Below are positions 17,275 through 24,812 of a stretch of DNA of 24,812 nucleotides, in pieces (position 1 is the first letter of the stretch; each line of letters begins with the position of its first letter). The stretch is taken from NCBI GenBank assembly GCA_019057375.1, contig DXJF01000096.1, positions 1-24,812 on the forward strand. Reading direction: 5' to 3'. Position numbers and translations under genes: made by a program. A model generated the notes under the pieces. That model did no database searches. It had not been told where the DNA came from and was given only the letters and a program-made list of their open reading frames with translations. Source of the DNA: Candidatus Heimdallarchaeota archaeon. GTDB lineage: Archaea > Asgardarchaeota > Heimdallarchaeia > Heimdallarchaeales > Heimdallarchaeaceae.

Positions 17275-18991
17275 TTTTGGCCCTCCTTGTTATTCTTCTT
17301 AGTAAGAGCAACATTGCAAATGAAATGATTATTAGTATTGTAGCTGCAAATGCTGCAGCTGGAAAGGTTGATGCCTCGAAGAAATCAACTAGTAAAACGG
17401 GTATTGTTCTCTCTGTTCCCATTGTAATTATTGTTGCTCCAGTTTCACTCATTGACCTTGTGAAAGTCATTATAGCTGCTGCTATTAATCCACTCTTGAG
17501 GAAAGGCAAAGTTACTTTTCGGAATGCCGTGAATTTTGATGCTCCAAAAGCCGTAGCTGCTTCATCATACATCGTAGGAATGGCATCAAATGATCCAATT
17601 AGTGGTCTAACACAATACGAATATGAGAATGAAACATGTGCAATTATAATCATGAAAAATCCTGGTGAAAGCAAATGCATACCATTTGATCCCCATAAGA
17701 AGAAAATGCTAAAACCTAGAGCTGAACTTGGGATTACTAAAGGTATGTCAATCAATAAATCTAGAAAACCTTTCACTTTTTTCTTCTTCATTTTGGATAC
17801 CATTAGAGCCATAGGAGTAGCAATAACTAGATTGATCAGAGTAACAATGAGAGCTATCTCTAGAGACGTGCCTAAAGCATGCAGAATTTCACCAATCTTC
17901 TGATCAGGAGCTTGAAATACTTGATAAATCATCCCAGCCGTCGGGTCTCCAGAAAATGGAGATTTACCCCACCATTGAAACAAATAGATAATCACAAACA
18001 AAGCTGGAATAAATACAAAGATGAAGAACAAAAATAGTGCCATTCCGTCTCTTGTTCTTGTAACTTTTTTAGAGCTAAGTTTTCTTTCAAATTTAGGAAA
18101 TACTTTACCCCATGGAAGACCAACTTTTCTAGCAAAAAGCCTTACAAGTGCTAGTAGAGTTAAACTGATTAAAATAAGAATTAGCGCAAGAAATGCAGTA
18201 GTTGGAATCTTTAATCCTTTCATCCAGCTCACTATAACAACAGGAGCGGTCTGATAAACACCACTCACTATCAATGTTGCTCCAGTTTCTCCTAGTGATC
18301 GAGTAAAAGCAAGAACAGTTCCTGCTAATAGTCCTTCTTTAACCATTGGTAGCGAAATCATTCTTGCAATTGTAAAAGGAGAAGCTCCTAGAGTCTTCCC
18401 AGCTTTTTCTAGATTGAGATCCAAATCGGTGATAATCCCTTTAATCGATCTTGTGACATATGGAAAAGTAAAAGCAACGTGCGCCAGTATTATTAGCAGA
18501 GTACCTTGTGAAACAAACCCCACTTGTGAGTTAAATAATCGTGATAAACCGTTATTAGTACCCCAGAAGAGGTAAATTGAGAACCCTAAAGCACTTGTTG
18601 GAACAGCCATAGGCATATCTACCAATGTATCTAGAATGTTTTTACCTCGGAATTCATATCTAGCCAAGATCCAAGCAATAGGTACTCCAACTATGATATC
18701 AAAAACAGTTACAACGGCAGCTACTTGAAGCGACAATCCTATTGATCTCATCATCATAAGGAATGCTTCGTTTCCCAATATTGGATCATTAAATACTGTT
18801 GTATTGATTTCTTTCCAGTTAATAAGAATCTGAAGTAGTAAATACAAAATTGGTCCGAGAACAATTAGAACAAAGATCAATACGGTGATAATCGTTCCAA
18901 AACTAAGAACAGTATTCTTAGATAACCATTTCTCCGCTTTGAGTAGAGTTCTTCTCATCTTAACTTCTACATCTCGTTGTTCTGAAACCAT
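17267..18991 (-). CDS. ABC transporter permease with two fused TM domains (CysT/CysW/ModB-like halves)
   Basis: Two internal repeats, each with P.[AV][IV]P.SALG, an EAA-type loop (EKAGKTLGAS; DEAATAFGAS) and FTRS[LM][GS]ETGAT. Confidence 0.9.
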   Translation of the reverse strand: MVSEQRDVEVKMRRTLLKAEKWLSKNTVLSFGTIITVLIFVLIVLGPILYLLLQILINWKEINTTVFNDPILGNEAFLMMMRSIGLSLQVAAVVTVFDIIVGVPIAWILARYEFRGKNILDTLVDMPMAVPTSALGFSIYLFWGTNNGLSRLFNSQVGFVSQGTLLIILAHVAFTFPYVTRSIKGIITDLDLNLEKAGKTLGASPFTIARMISLPMVKEGLLAGTVLAFTRSLGETGATLIVSGVYQTAPVVIVSWMKGLKIPTTAFLALILILISLTLLALVRLFARKVGLPWGKVFPKFERKLSSKKVTRTRDGMALFLFFIFVFIPALFVIIYLFQWWGKSPFSGDPTAGMIYQVFQAPDQKIGEILHALGTSLEIALIVTLINLVIATPMALMVSKMKKKKVKGFLDLLIDIPLVIPSSALGFSIFFLWGSNGMHLLSPGFFMIIIAHVSFSYSYCVRPLIGSFDAIPTMYDEAATAFGASKFTAFRKVTLPFLKSGLIAAAIMTFTRSMSETGATIITMGTERTIPVLLVDFFEASTFPAAAFAATILIIISFAMLLLLRRITRRAKNE

Positions 18992-20241
18992 TAGCTTTCT
19001 CTCCTCCTTTTTCTAATAACAACTAGAATAACTAAAACACCAAAAATCAATGAAAAGTAAGCAAAAGGATTCATTCCAAGTTGCCAATATTCAGAATAAT
19101 TGGCTTGTTCAAGGGTAGTAGCTCGGGTTTTTAACCACAAATCAGGAACTCGGTCTAAGATTTCTCCATCAGTTGGTACATCAAATCGAGGAATTGTAAG
19201 GTTTAAAGAAACACCATTCTCTGGATTGAAGACATTTTGCATTTCTGAAATTACGTCTGTATCATTTACTAGAGTTTCATTTCCTGGTCTGAAACCAAAT
19301 GGAATTGCTTTCTGCTGATTTTCTTTTGATAACAAAAATGCTTCAAACTCTTGAGCTGCAAAACGTTCTTCAGGAGTAACCCAAGAAGCATTCAAAATTG
19401 CCATGGGATGATCACTCCAAAGAGTTCCTTCTTCGGGATAGATGGCCACAAGATTATCTCCCCATTTAGAGAAGGCTTCTCCATCCTTTGCTGTTTCAAT
19501 AATGAGATTCTCATAGAGTATCATTGCATTAATTGCTGAAGGCCCTAACTGGACAGCTTGCTTAGCTAAAAATCCAGTAGAAGTACCATATAACACAGCT
19601 TTTGATTCAACTTTTTCTAGCCAAGCTTGAATAGTAGTATTTTGAAGATCCTCAAGAGTTATTTCATCAGGTTGTTTTCCACTTGCTGCCGTAATCTCAA
19701 GTAAAACAGCCATATATCCAGAGTTAGATTCTTGAGCGGAAGTGTGGGCCAATTTCAATTCAGTATCTGCTAAGTCATAAAGATCAGCCCAAGAAGTAAA
19801 ATTATTTTCATCTCTATAACTTTGCCAAGTGCCTATTATAATTGGTGAGGCTACAAGAGATTTTACCTGACCAAAATCTAAGATTTCAGTTCCGAATTTC
19901 CTATCCCACGCCCAATCAAGTAACGGTACCCAAATCATTGCAGCAGGACTCCAAATCGTAGGTTTACTTTCTCCTGCTAAAATGGAAAGCATAGATGTTC
20001 GAGTTCCTTGAACTTCAAATTGTAACCTTACGGTTAATCCAGGATTCCTTTGAGCAAACCAATCAGGAAAATCGGGAGCAATGGAATTAATCCATCCTTT
20101 TTTCTCACTTGTATAGAGAACACTAAGAACAATATCGTCCTTATTCCCTCCGAATTGAACCTGTCTAACAACATCAAGAGCAATAATTGAGAGTATGAGA
20201 ATTATGATGAAAACTATTGTAGGAACCTTCCGTTTAGCCAA
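18991..20241 (-). CDS. Periplasmic-binding-fold substrate-binding protein with N- and C-terminal TM anchors
   Basis: TTG start with GAGGA upstream; motifs YTSEK, WSPA, SPIII, HTSAQESNSG, STGFL, IYP.EGTLWSDHP, GFRP; hydrophobic helices at both ends; stop overlaps the permease start by 1 nt. Confidence 0.8.
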   Translation of the reverse strand: MAKRKVPTIVFIIILILSIIALDVVRQVQFGGNKDDIVLSVLYTSEKKGWINSIAPDFPDWFAQRNPGLTVRLQFEVQGTRTSMLSILAGESKPTIWSPAAMIWVPLLDWAWDRKFGTEILDFGQVKSLVASPIIIGTWQSYRDENNFTSWADLYDLADTELKLAHTSAQESNSGYMAVLLEITAASGKQPDEITLEDLQNTTIQAWLEKVESKAVLYGTSTGFLAKQAVQLGPSAINAMILYENLIIETAKDGEAFSKWGDNLVAIYPEEGTLWSDHPMAILNASWVTPEERFAAQEFEAFLLSKENQQKAIPFGFRPGNETLVNDTDVISEMQNVFNPENGVSLNLTIPRFDVPTDGEILDRVPDLWLKTRATTLEQANYSEYWQLGMNPFAYFSLIFGVLVILVVIRKRRRES

Positions 20242-20363
20242 GCTGAATCCTCATCACATTTTTTTTGGTGTTTTCCGAGATAGAATAGATACACTCCTTA
20301 ATAAAATTACTTGAGGTAAGAAGTAAAAAAGTCAAGTGAAATTGTGCATCGGAGAGGCTTAGT

Positions 20364-21212
20364 TTAGCTTAAGCTACGCATCATATTTGTTACTCCTGCA
20401 GAGATAAACATTAGAGCTTGAAATGTCTTATAAGCCTCCACCATATCGCTTGATGTAAATTCCACTGTCAATGCATCCAACCTTGTTATAAAGGGTAAGT
20501 ATGTTATAGCATCTGTTTGTTGAGTGTCTCGTAAAGTTAGTTTTACTTTGATAGGTTTGTTTGTAATTAATGGTTTTACTTTGTTCTCATTTACATTAAT
20601 CACAGCTTTGTTTACAGCTGATCGAAGATCTTTCTCAATTACTTTCATACTAGGACTCTTTGCTGAGAGTCTGCTAATAGATTCTTTTAATGCAACTGAT
20701 TCTACCCAAGGAGTCAGTGTTTTAACATCATCTTCAATTAGCTGTTTATCTCCAGCCATGAAAATTGTAGGTATTCCTAAGTCACCAACTGTATAAGAAT
20801 TCAACAAATATTCACTAACTTCTACTCCATTAATTTCTAGCTTGTGAACACTTCCACCACTATATGTGTGGTCAAATGTAGAATTTACTGTTCCAAATTT
20901 TGAATGATATCCTAGAAATAGAGCCACATCACATCCTTCTGAGCCAGCAACCATGCTAGTTGGTCTTAAACTACCTCGAACAATTTCAACATATTCAGGT
21001 AAATCATCAATTAGTAAATTAACCATTGGTCCATGACTATCAGCAATGATGATTTTCTCGAAACCATTCTTATGAAGCTCTTCAGCAACTATCAGCGTAA
21101 TCTCAGTTGCAATTTTTCGTGCTTCTTCATACAAAGATCCTTTGATATTTAACTGACCAAGAATAACCACATAGGGCATTCCTTCTAAATCAACAGAAAT
21201 GAACGCTTTCAT
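20364..21212 (-). CDS. dppA: D-aminopeptidase DppA, peptidase family M55
   Basis: FISVDLEG, DSHG, GYHS and DHTY metal-ligand motifs. Confidence 0.9.
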   Translation of the reverse strand: MKAFISVDLEGMPYVVILGQLNIKGSLYEEARKIATEITLIVAEELHKNGFEKIIIADSHGPMVNLLIDDLPEYVEIVRGSLRPTSMVAGSEGCDVALFLGYHSKFGTVNSTFDHTYSGGSVHKLEINGVEVSEYLLNSYTVGDLGIPTIFMAGDKQLIEDDVKTLTPWVESVALKESISRLSAKSPSMKVIEKDLRSAVNKAVINVNENKVKPLITNKPIKVKLTLRDTQQTDAITYLPFITRLDALTVEFTSSDMVEAYKTFQALMFISAGVTNMMRSLS

Positions 21213-21305
21213 TTTAATTCAAATAACAAGAAAATACTAATTTAAAGAACTTTTCTCAATTTGGAGTGAAATTCTTATACTTAGAAAGCATATATCAGAA
21301 ATTCG

Positions 21306-22172
21306 GTGATTTCAATGAAAACTGAAATAACATGTGTGTATGATCGAAAGACAAATCCAGGAATATTCTCAAAATTGAGTCATGGAGTATCGTTTTACAT
21401 TAAGTCTGGAAATGACCACATTATGTTTGATCTGGGTTTATTTGGGAATTACTTGATAAGGAATATGCGTTCTCTAAAAATCGACCCAAATATAATCACA
21501 AAAATAGTGATTTCACATGGCCATTCTGACCATATCGGTGGTCTTAGATTGTTCTTAAAGAACAGAACAAATAATAATCAAATCCCCATTTATGCTCACA
21601 CAGATTTCACTGAACCGAAACGAGCTTATAAATTTGGTATTAGACTGTGGAACGCAGGTTTTTACGAAATAGATGAAGAGCTTGAAACGAAAATTAGGTA
21701 TGAACTTAGTAAGCAATCAATTAAAGTGACAGAATTTCTTTCTACAACAGGAGAAATATCTCTAGAAGAAAGAGACGATATACAAAATGTTTCCAATTTG
21801 TTTGTGCACAAAGTTGATGGCAAATGGGATTTAGATCCAGTACTTGATAACACGTCTATGTTTCTTAAAACAAAAGAAGGAGTTGTGTTAATCTGTGGGG
21901 ACTGTCATTCCGGTTTAACAAATACAATTAGGAAAGTTGAGAAAATATCTGGAGATAATGTAGTAACTATTATTGGAGTAATTCATATAATTTTTTCAAA
22001 AAAGGAGAAGATTCAACAAATAGCTGATAAACTAATGACAGATTATAAAGACATTAATTTCCACATAAATCACAGTGTTGGAAGCAAGGTCTTCAAGATC
22101 TTACAAAGAGAACTAGGCAAGGAAAGAGTACAATATTTTCCTGTTGGTAAGAAACTAATTTTTGAAAGTTAG
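21306..22172 (+). CDS. Metallo-beta-lactamase-fold hydrolase (COG1237-like); start GTG 21306 or ATG 21315
   Basis: HGVSFYI, MFDLG, ISHGHSDHIGG (HxHxDH), LICGDCHSG. Confidence 0.85.
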   Translation: MISMKTEITCVYDRKTNPGIFSKLSHGVSFYIKSGNDHIMFDLGLFGNYLIRNMRSLKIDPNIITKIVISHGHSDHIGGLRLFLKNRTNNNQIPIYAHTDFTEPKRAYKFGIRLWNAGFYEIDEELETKIRYELSKQSIKVTEFLSTTGEISLEERDDIQNVSNLFVHKVDGKWDLDPVLDNTSMFLKTKEGVVLICGDCHSGLTNTIRKVEKISGDNVVTIIGVIHIIFSKKEKIQQIADKLMTDYKDINFHINHSVGSKVFKILQRELGKERVQYFPVGKKLIFES

Positions 22173-22185
22173 AAAAGAAGAGGGA

Positions 22186-22855
22186 TTATTGTCCTACTTC
22201 ATTAAGAATTGAGGTCATCAATTGTCTAAAATTAGCATTTTCTCGAAGACCTACATTTGGATCATTTGCTGCCACTACATTTAATATAGCAATATCTGCT
22301 CCATTAAAGTAAGCTTTTCTGACACCGTTATATTCAAGTCCTTCTGCAGCAGAAATCAGACTACCAAATTTAGATCTTATTTTTGCTATATTCTTGTATC
22401 GTATGATGTTCTTTTTGTTGCTTTCTTCGTCTCTACCCTTGTGTATTACAACCACATCAGGTTTAGTTTGCATTGGAAGCATTTTTCTCAAAGGATTTTC
22501 TACACCGAGCATATCAATCATTGAAAACATATTGTGACTCCACAAAAATCAACAAAGAAATCAAGTGTTTCTACTGGGTTGAACCCATTAAGGTAGCAGC
22601 ATTAGCTCCATCCGCAGCAGAGAACATTACCTCTTTAGCAGCTCCGTCAGTAGCTTTGATATCAGCTACAATCAAACCTCTCCACATACGACGAATTAAG
22701 CTTACTCCTGCCATACCTGTCCTTTTTATATATGGAGTACCTGCTTCAATAATGATTCGAGGGTCATACGGTATTTGAGGTAGAATATGTCTTACTTGAC
22801 GTGTTGAGTGATTGAAAGCGATTTGCACATATCTCTTCAGAGTTCTTAAACTCAA
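22186..22855 (-). pseudogene. 3-hexulose-6-phosphate synthase / OMP-decarboxylase-barrel (HUMPS, Fae/Hps-type) gene interrupted by two -1 frameshifts; either a pseudogene or consensus errors
   Basis: 5' part has IEAGTPYIK and VADIKATD (DxKxxD); 3' part has MIDMLG, PDVVVIHKGRDEE and FNGADI. A bridging frame at 22577-22542 reads PVETLDFFVDFC. Confidence 0.8.
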
Positions 22856-22870
22856 AAGTATTCGCTTCTT

Positions 22871-23641
22871 CTATTTCTTACCTGTAACTTTCTTAGCAAC
22901 TTCAGTTAAATCACTAGGCAAGAAAATAACTATTTTTTCACTAGGATCTTGAGCTATATCTCTGATAGTTTGAAGAGTTCGTAAATGAAGAGCACCTTTA
23001 TCTTTAGAAAGCTTGCTTGCTGCTTCTGCGAGATTTGCAGCTGCACGAAGTTCTCCTTCAGATTGAATAATTATTGCTCTTTTCGCTCTTTCTGCTTCAG
23101 CTTGTTTAGCAAAAGCTCTTTTCATTTCAGCAGGAAGTTCGAGTTCTTGAATCTTAATACCTTTGATATCTATACCCCATTCATTTGTCTCTTTATCAAC
23201 GATATTTCGTATATCTTGAGCGATCTTATCTCTTTCAGTTAGAACTTGATCGAGTTCCATAGTTCCCATTGTATCTCTTAGAGCTGCTTGAGTATATTGT
23301 CTAACTGCAAATACATAATTCTCAATCTTAATAACGGCATCTTCTGGACGTTCTACTTTGAAGTAAACTACAGTATTTGCAACTACAGGTATATTGTCTC
23401 TAGTAATAACTTCCTGTCTTTGAATATCTTGAGTTATAATACGTAAATCCACTTTCCTTGCAGATTCTACTAGAGGTATGACATAAACAAGTCCAGGTCC
23501 TATTGTTCGTTTGAATCTCCCTAATCGGAATACAACAATTCTTTCATATTCAAGAATTATTCTAATTCCTGATAAGACAAAAAGGATTAGTAGAAATGCA
23601 ATAACTCCCGCAATTATACCAAACCACCATATTTCAGCCAT
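22871..23641 (-). CDS. SPFH / band 7 (stomatin-like) membrane protein
   Basis: N-terminal TM, ERIVVFRLGR, VDLR, EVITRDN, WGIDIKGIKIQ, AKQAEAER...RA, LRTLQT. Confidence 0.95.
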   Translation of the reverse strand: MAEIWWFGIIAGVIAFLLILFVLSGIRIILEYERIVVFRLGRFKRTIGPGLVYVIPLVESARKVDLRIITQDIQRQEVITRDNIPVVANTVVYFKVERPEDAVIKIENYVFAVRQYTQAALRDTMGTMELDQVLTERDKIAQDIRNIVDKETNEWGIDIKGIKIQELELPAEMKRAFAKQAEAERAKRAIIIQSEGELRAAANLAEAASKLSKDKGALHLRTLQTIRDIAQDPSEKIVIFLPSDLTEVAKKVTGKK

Positions 23642-23758
23642 TTGTTTTTTCTCCGAAAATTTAACTAAAGAAATATTAGAGGAACGTTATTTAACAGTTT
23701 TTACCCAGAGGAGAAAAAACTAATTAGGTTAGTAAGAATACTGTAGTATGATGTGAAC

Positions 23759-24106
23759 ATGAATCTAGTTGAAAGCTATCGTTTTGGGAAAATAAAAGTG
23801 CATGGAAAATCGTACTCCTCAGACCTGATTATATTCCCCGATTCAATTCATTCAAACTGGTGGAGAAAGAAAGGACATTTACTACATCTTGAAGACTTAG
23901 AAATACTGAAAGATGTAGAAATAGATTTTCTGGTCATAGGAACAGGTTCATTTGGAAAGATGAAAGTTCCAGAAGAAGTCATAATTGAACTAAAACTAAA
24001 GGAAATAGATGTGATAATCTGCAAATCAGCAGAAGCAGTTGAGAGATATAATAATCTAGCTAAAACAGGAAAAAATATTGCTCTTGCCATCCACTTAACA
24101 TGTTAG
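23759..24106 (+). CDS. Mth938-like (DUF498/AAMDC) protein
   Basis: FGKIKVHGKSYSSDLII, WWRKKGH, VIGTG..G, A...YN and terminal HLTC. ATG 23759 (ORF track starts at GTG 23753). Confidence 0.9.
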   Translation: MNLVESYRFGKIKVHGKSYSSDLIIFPDSIHSNWWRKKGHLLHLEDLEILKDVEIDFLVIGTGSFGKMKVPEEVIIELKLKEIDVIICKSAEAVERYNNLAKTGKNIALAIHLTC

Positions 24107-24180
24107 TATTGGAAGGAAATTAACCCAAAAAAGATTCTGCAAGAGAAATGAAAAAATAGTTTTTGAAATTGATGATTAGA

Positions 24181-24507
24181 TTATTCAGGAATTTTTGTTG
24201 GTAGATCTGGGTCATCATCTTTAGCTGGAAATATTTTTCCACCTCGACCTAAAGAGATTTGTTTCTTATCTTTGAACATCTTACACCAACCTTCTGTTAT
24301 AGAAACGACTTGCTGGACTTTGTATTCTTCTCCAGTTTTTGCTCCCCATAAAGTCAATGTTGTTGTTCCTGTCTCATCAGCAACTAATAAATCCCAAACA
24401 TGCAAAACACGATCTCTGGATTGAACTTGTCTGGGGCCGTCTATTGAAAGAATTCGTACTTTTAACTCATCAAAATTTGCGTCTGGTTTTAATTCTTCTA
24501 CTTTCAT
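24181..24507 (-). CDS. Single OB-fold ssDNA-binding protein (archaeal SSB/RPA-like)
   Basis: MKVEELKP, LLVADETGTTTLTLWG, I..GWCKMF, QISLGRGGKI. ATG 24507 (ORF track starts at GTG 24516). Confidence 0.85.
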   Translation of the reverse strand: MKVEELKPDANFDELKVRILSIDGPRQVQSRDRVLHVWDLLVADETGTTTLTLWGAKTGEEYKVQQVVSITEGWCKMFKDKKQISLGRGGKIFPAKDDDPDLPTKIPE

Positions 24508-24605
24508 GTTAACCACTCAAGAACTTTTATCTATTATAGTTGAATTTGGTCAATTTTAAGTTTAACCCTTGTTAGTTAATGATGTGGTTTTGTCATCTTG
24601 TCATG

Positions 24606-24740
24606 TTGACAAGAAAGTTTAATATCTTTCTTAGAGGTCATCATATAGAGTTATGCAACTGTTCTATACTCACTCTGAGCGGATACATCACATATCCTCC
24701 TACCCCGTTCGCTGTGCGTTTAGGCACGGCTTTCGGATCG
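24606..24740 (-). ncRNA. Putative TnpB omega-RNA (reRNA) scaffold overlapping the tnpB 3' end; 5' boundary uncertain
   Basis: Cluster of minus-strand stems: GCCGTGC-CTAAAC-GCACAGC, GGATA-n7-TATCC, CTCA-GAG-TGAG, TATAGA...TCTATA and the terminal hairpin. Location matches known TnpB reRNAs. Confidence 0.5.
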
Positions 24741-24811
24741 CTTTTTACTAAAATATTGTACGCTGCATTAACATCAGCATTGATTAAATGTCCTTGAGCT
24801 GAACAAAACAA
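24641..24811 (-). CDS. tnpB: C-terminal end of TnpB RNA-guided endonuclease (IS200/IS605 family), truncated by the window edge; not in ORF track
   Basis: Hand translation: LFCSAQGHLINADVNAAYNILVKSDPKAVPKRTANGVGGYVMYPLRVSIEQLHNSI-stop. INADVNAAYNI is the RuvC-III motif; the LF.S..G..INAD pattern matches the TnpB branch lacking the distal zinc-finger Cys pair. Confidence 0.85.
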   Translation of the reverse strand: MFCSAQGHLINADVNAAYNILVKSDPKAVPKRTANGVGGYVMYPLRVSIEQLHNSI

Positions 24812-24812
24812 T

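Larger units (their letters stand above)
24606..24812 (-). mobile_element. Right end of an IS200/IS605-family element
   Basis: 35 nt after the tnpB stop: subterminal hairpin TGAC-(CTCT bulge)-AAGAAAG-8 nt loop-CTTTCTT-GTCA ending in TCAA (24609-24606), the terminal tetranucleotide known from IS608. The exact end is inferred. Confidence 0.65.

Noticed and set aside
22540-22578. Programmed -1 ribosomal frameshifting in the HPS-like gene
   Set aside because: Two successive shifts would be needed, and no canonical X XXY YYZ slippery heptamer with a downstream structure is evident at the first shift site.
22856-22873. Amber (pyrrolysine) read-through fusing SPFH to the HPS-like gene
   Set aside because: In-frame adjacency has a 1-in-3 chance; the SPFH protein looks complete; no pyl genes in the window; the HPS gene has a plausible TTG start.
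22871-23641. SPFH gene without an adjacent nfeD partner
   Set aside because: Standalone SPFH genes are common; not informative.
24579-24797. 72-aa + strand ORF from the ORF track
   Set aside because: It is the antisense of the tnpB C-terminus and element end; the minus-strand frame has the RuvC-III motif.
1-24812. CRISPR arrays, tRNA or rRNA genes
   Set aside because: No regularly spaced repeats, cloverleaf-like segments or GC-rich structural RNA blocks seen; intergenic gaps are short and AT-rich.

Overview
AT-rich, gene-dense prokaryotic window that looks archaeal. GGAG/GGTG ribosome-binding motifs, an RPA/SSB-type OB-fold gene, a Mth938-like gene, a DUF47 gene, a Fae/Hps-type HPS gene, an ATC-hydrolase-like gene and zinc-ribbon membrane proteins fit an Asgard/Heimdallarchaeia-like genome; this is inference only, as no marker gene is present. 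About 28 CDS are supportable; I recognised no rRNA, tRNA or CRISPR array. Highlights: (1) an adjacent same-strand pair, an SDR resembling bacterial 3-ketodihydrosphingosine reductase and a serine-palmitoyltransferase-like enzyme with the GTFSKS motif, which would be the first two steps of sphingolipid synthesis in an apparent archaeon; (2) a four-gene ABC importer with an unusual binding protein and two ATPases carrying reciprocal degenerate motifs; (3) a 7-TPR protein fused to an apparently inactive rhomboid domain; (4) an HPS-family gene broken by two -1 frameshifts; (5) a 40-aa ORF missed by the ORF track, behind a repeat-rich leader; (6) the 3' end of a tnpB gene missed by the ORF track, with a hairpin-rich putative omega-RNA/right end at the window edge. 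All family calls come from motif recognition by eye, not database searches.
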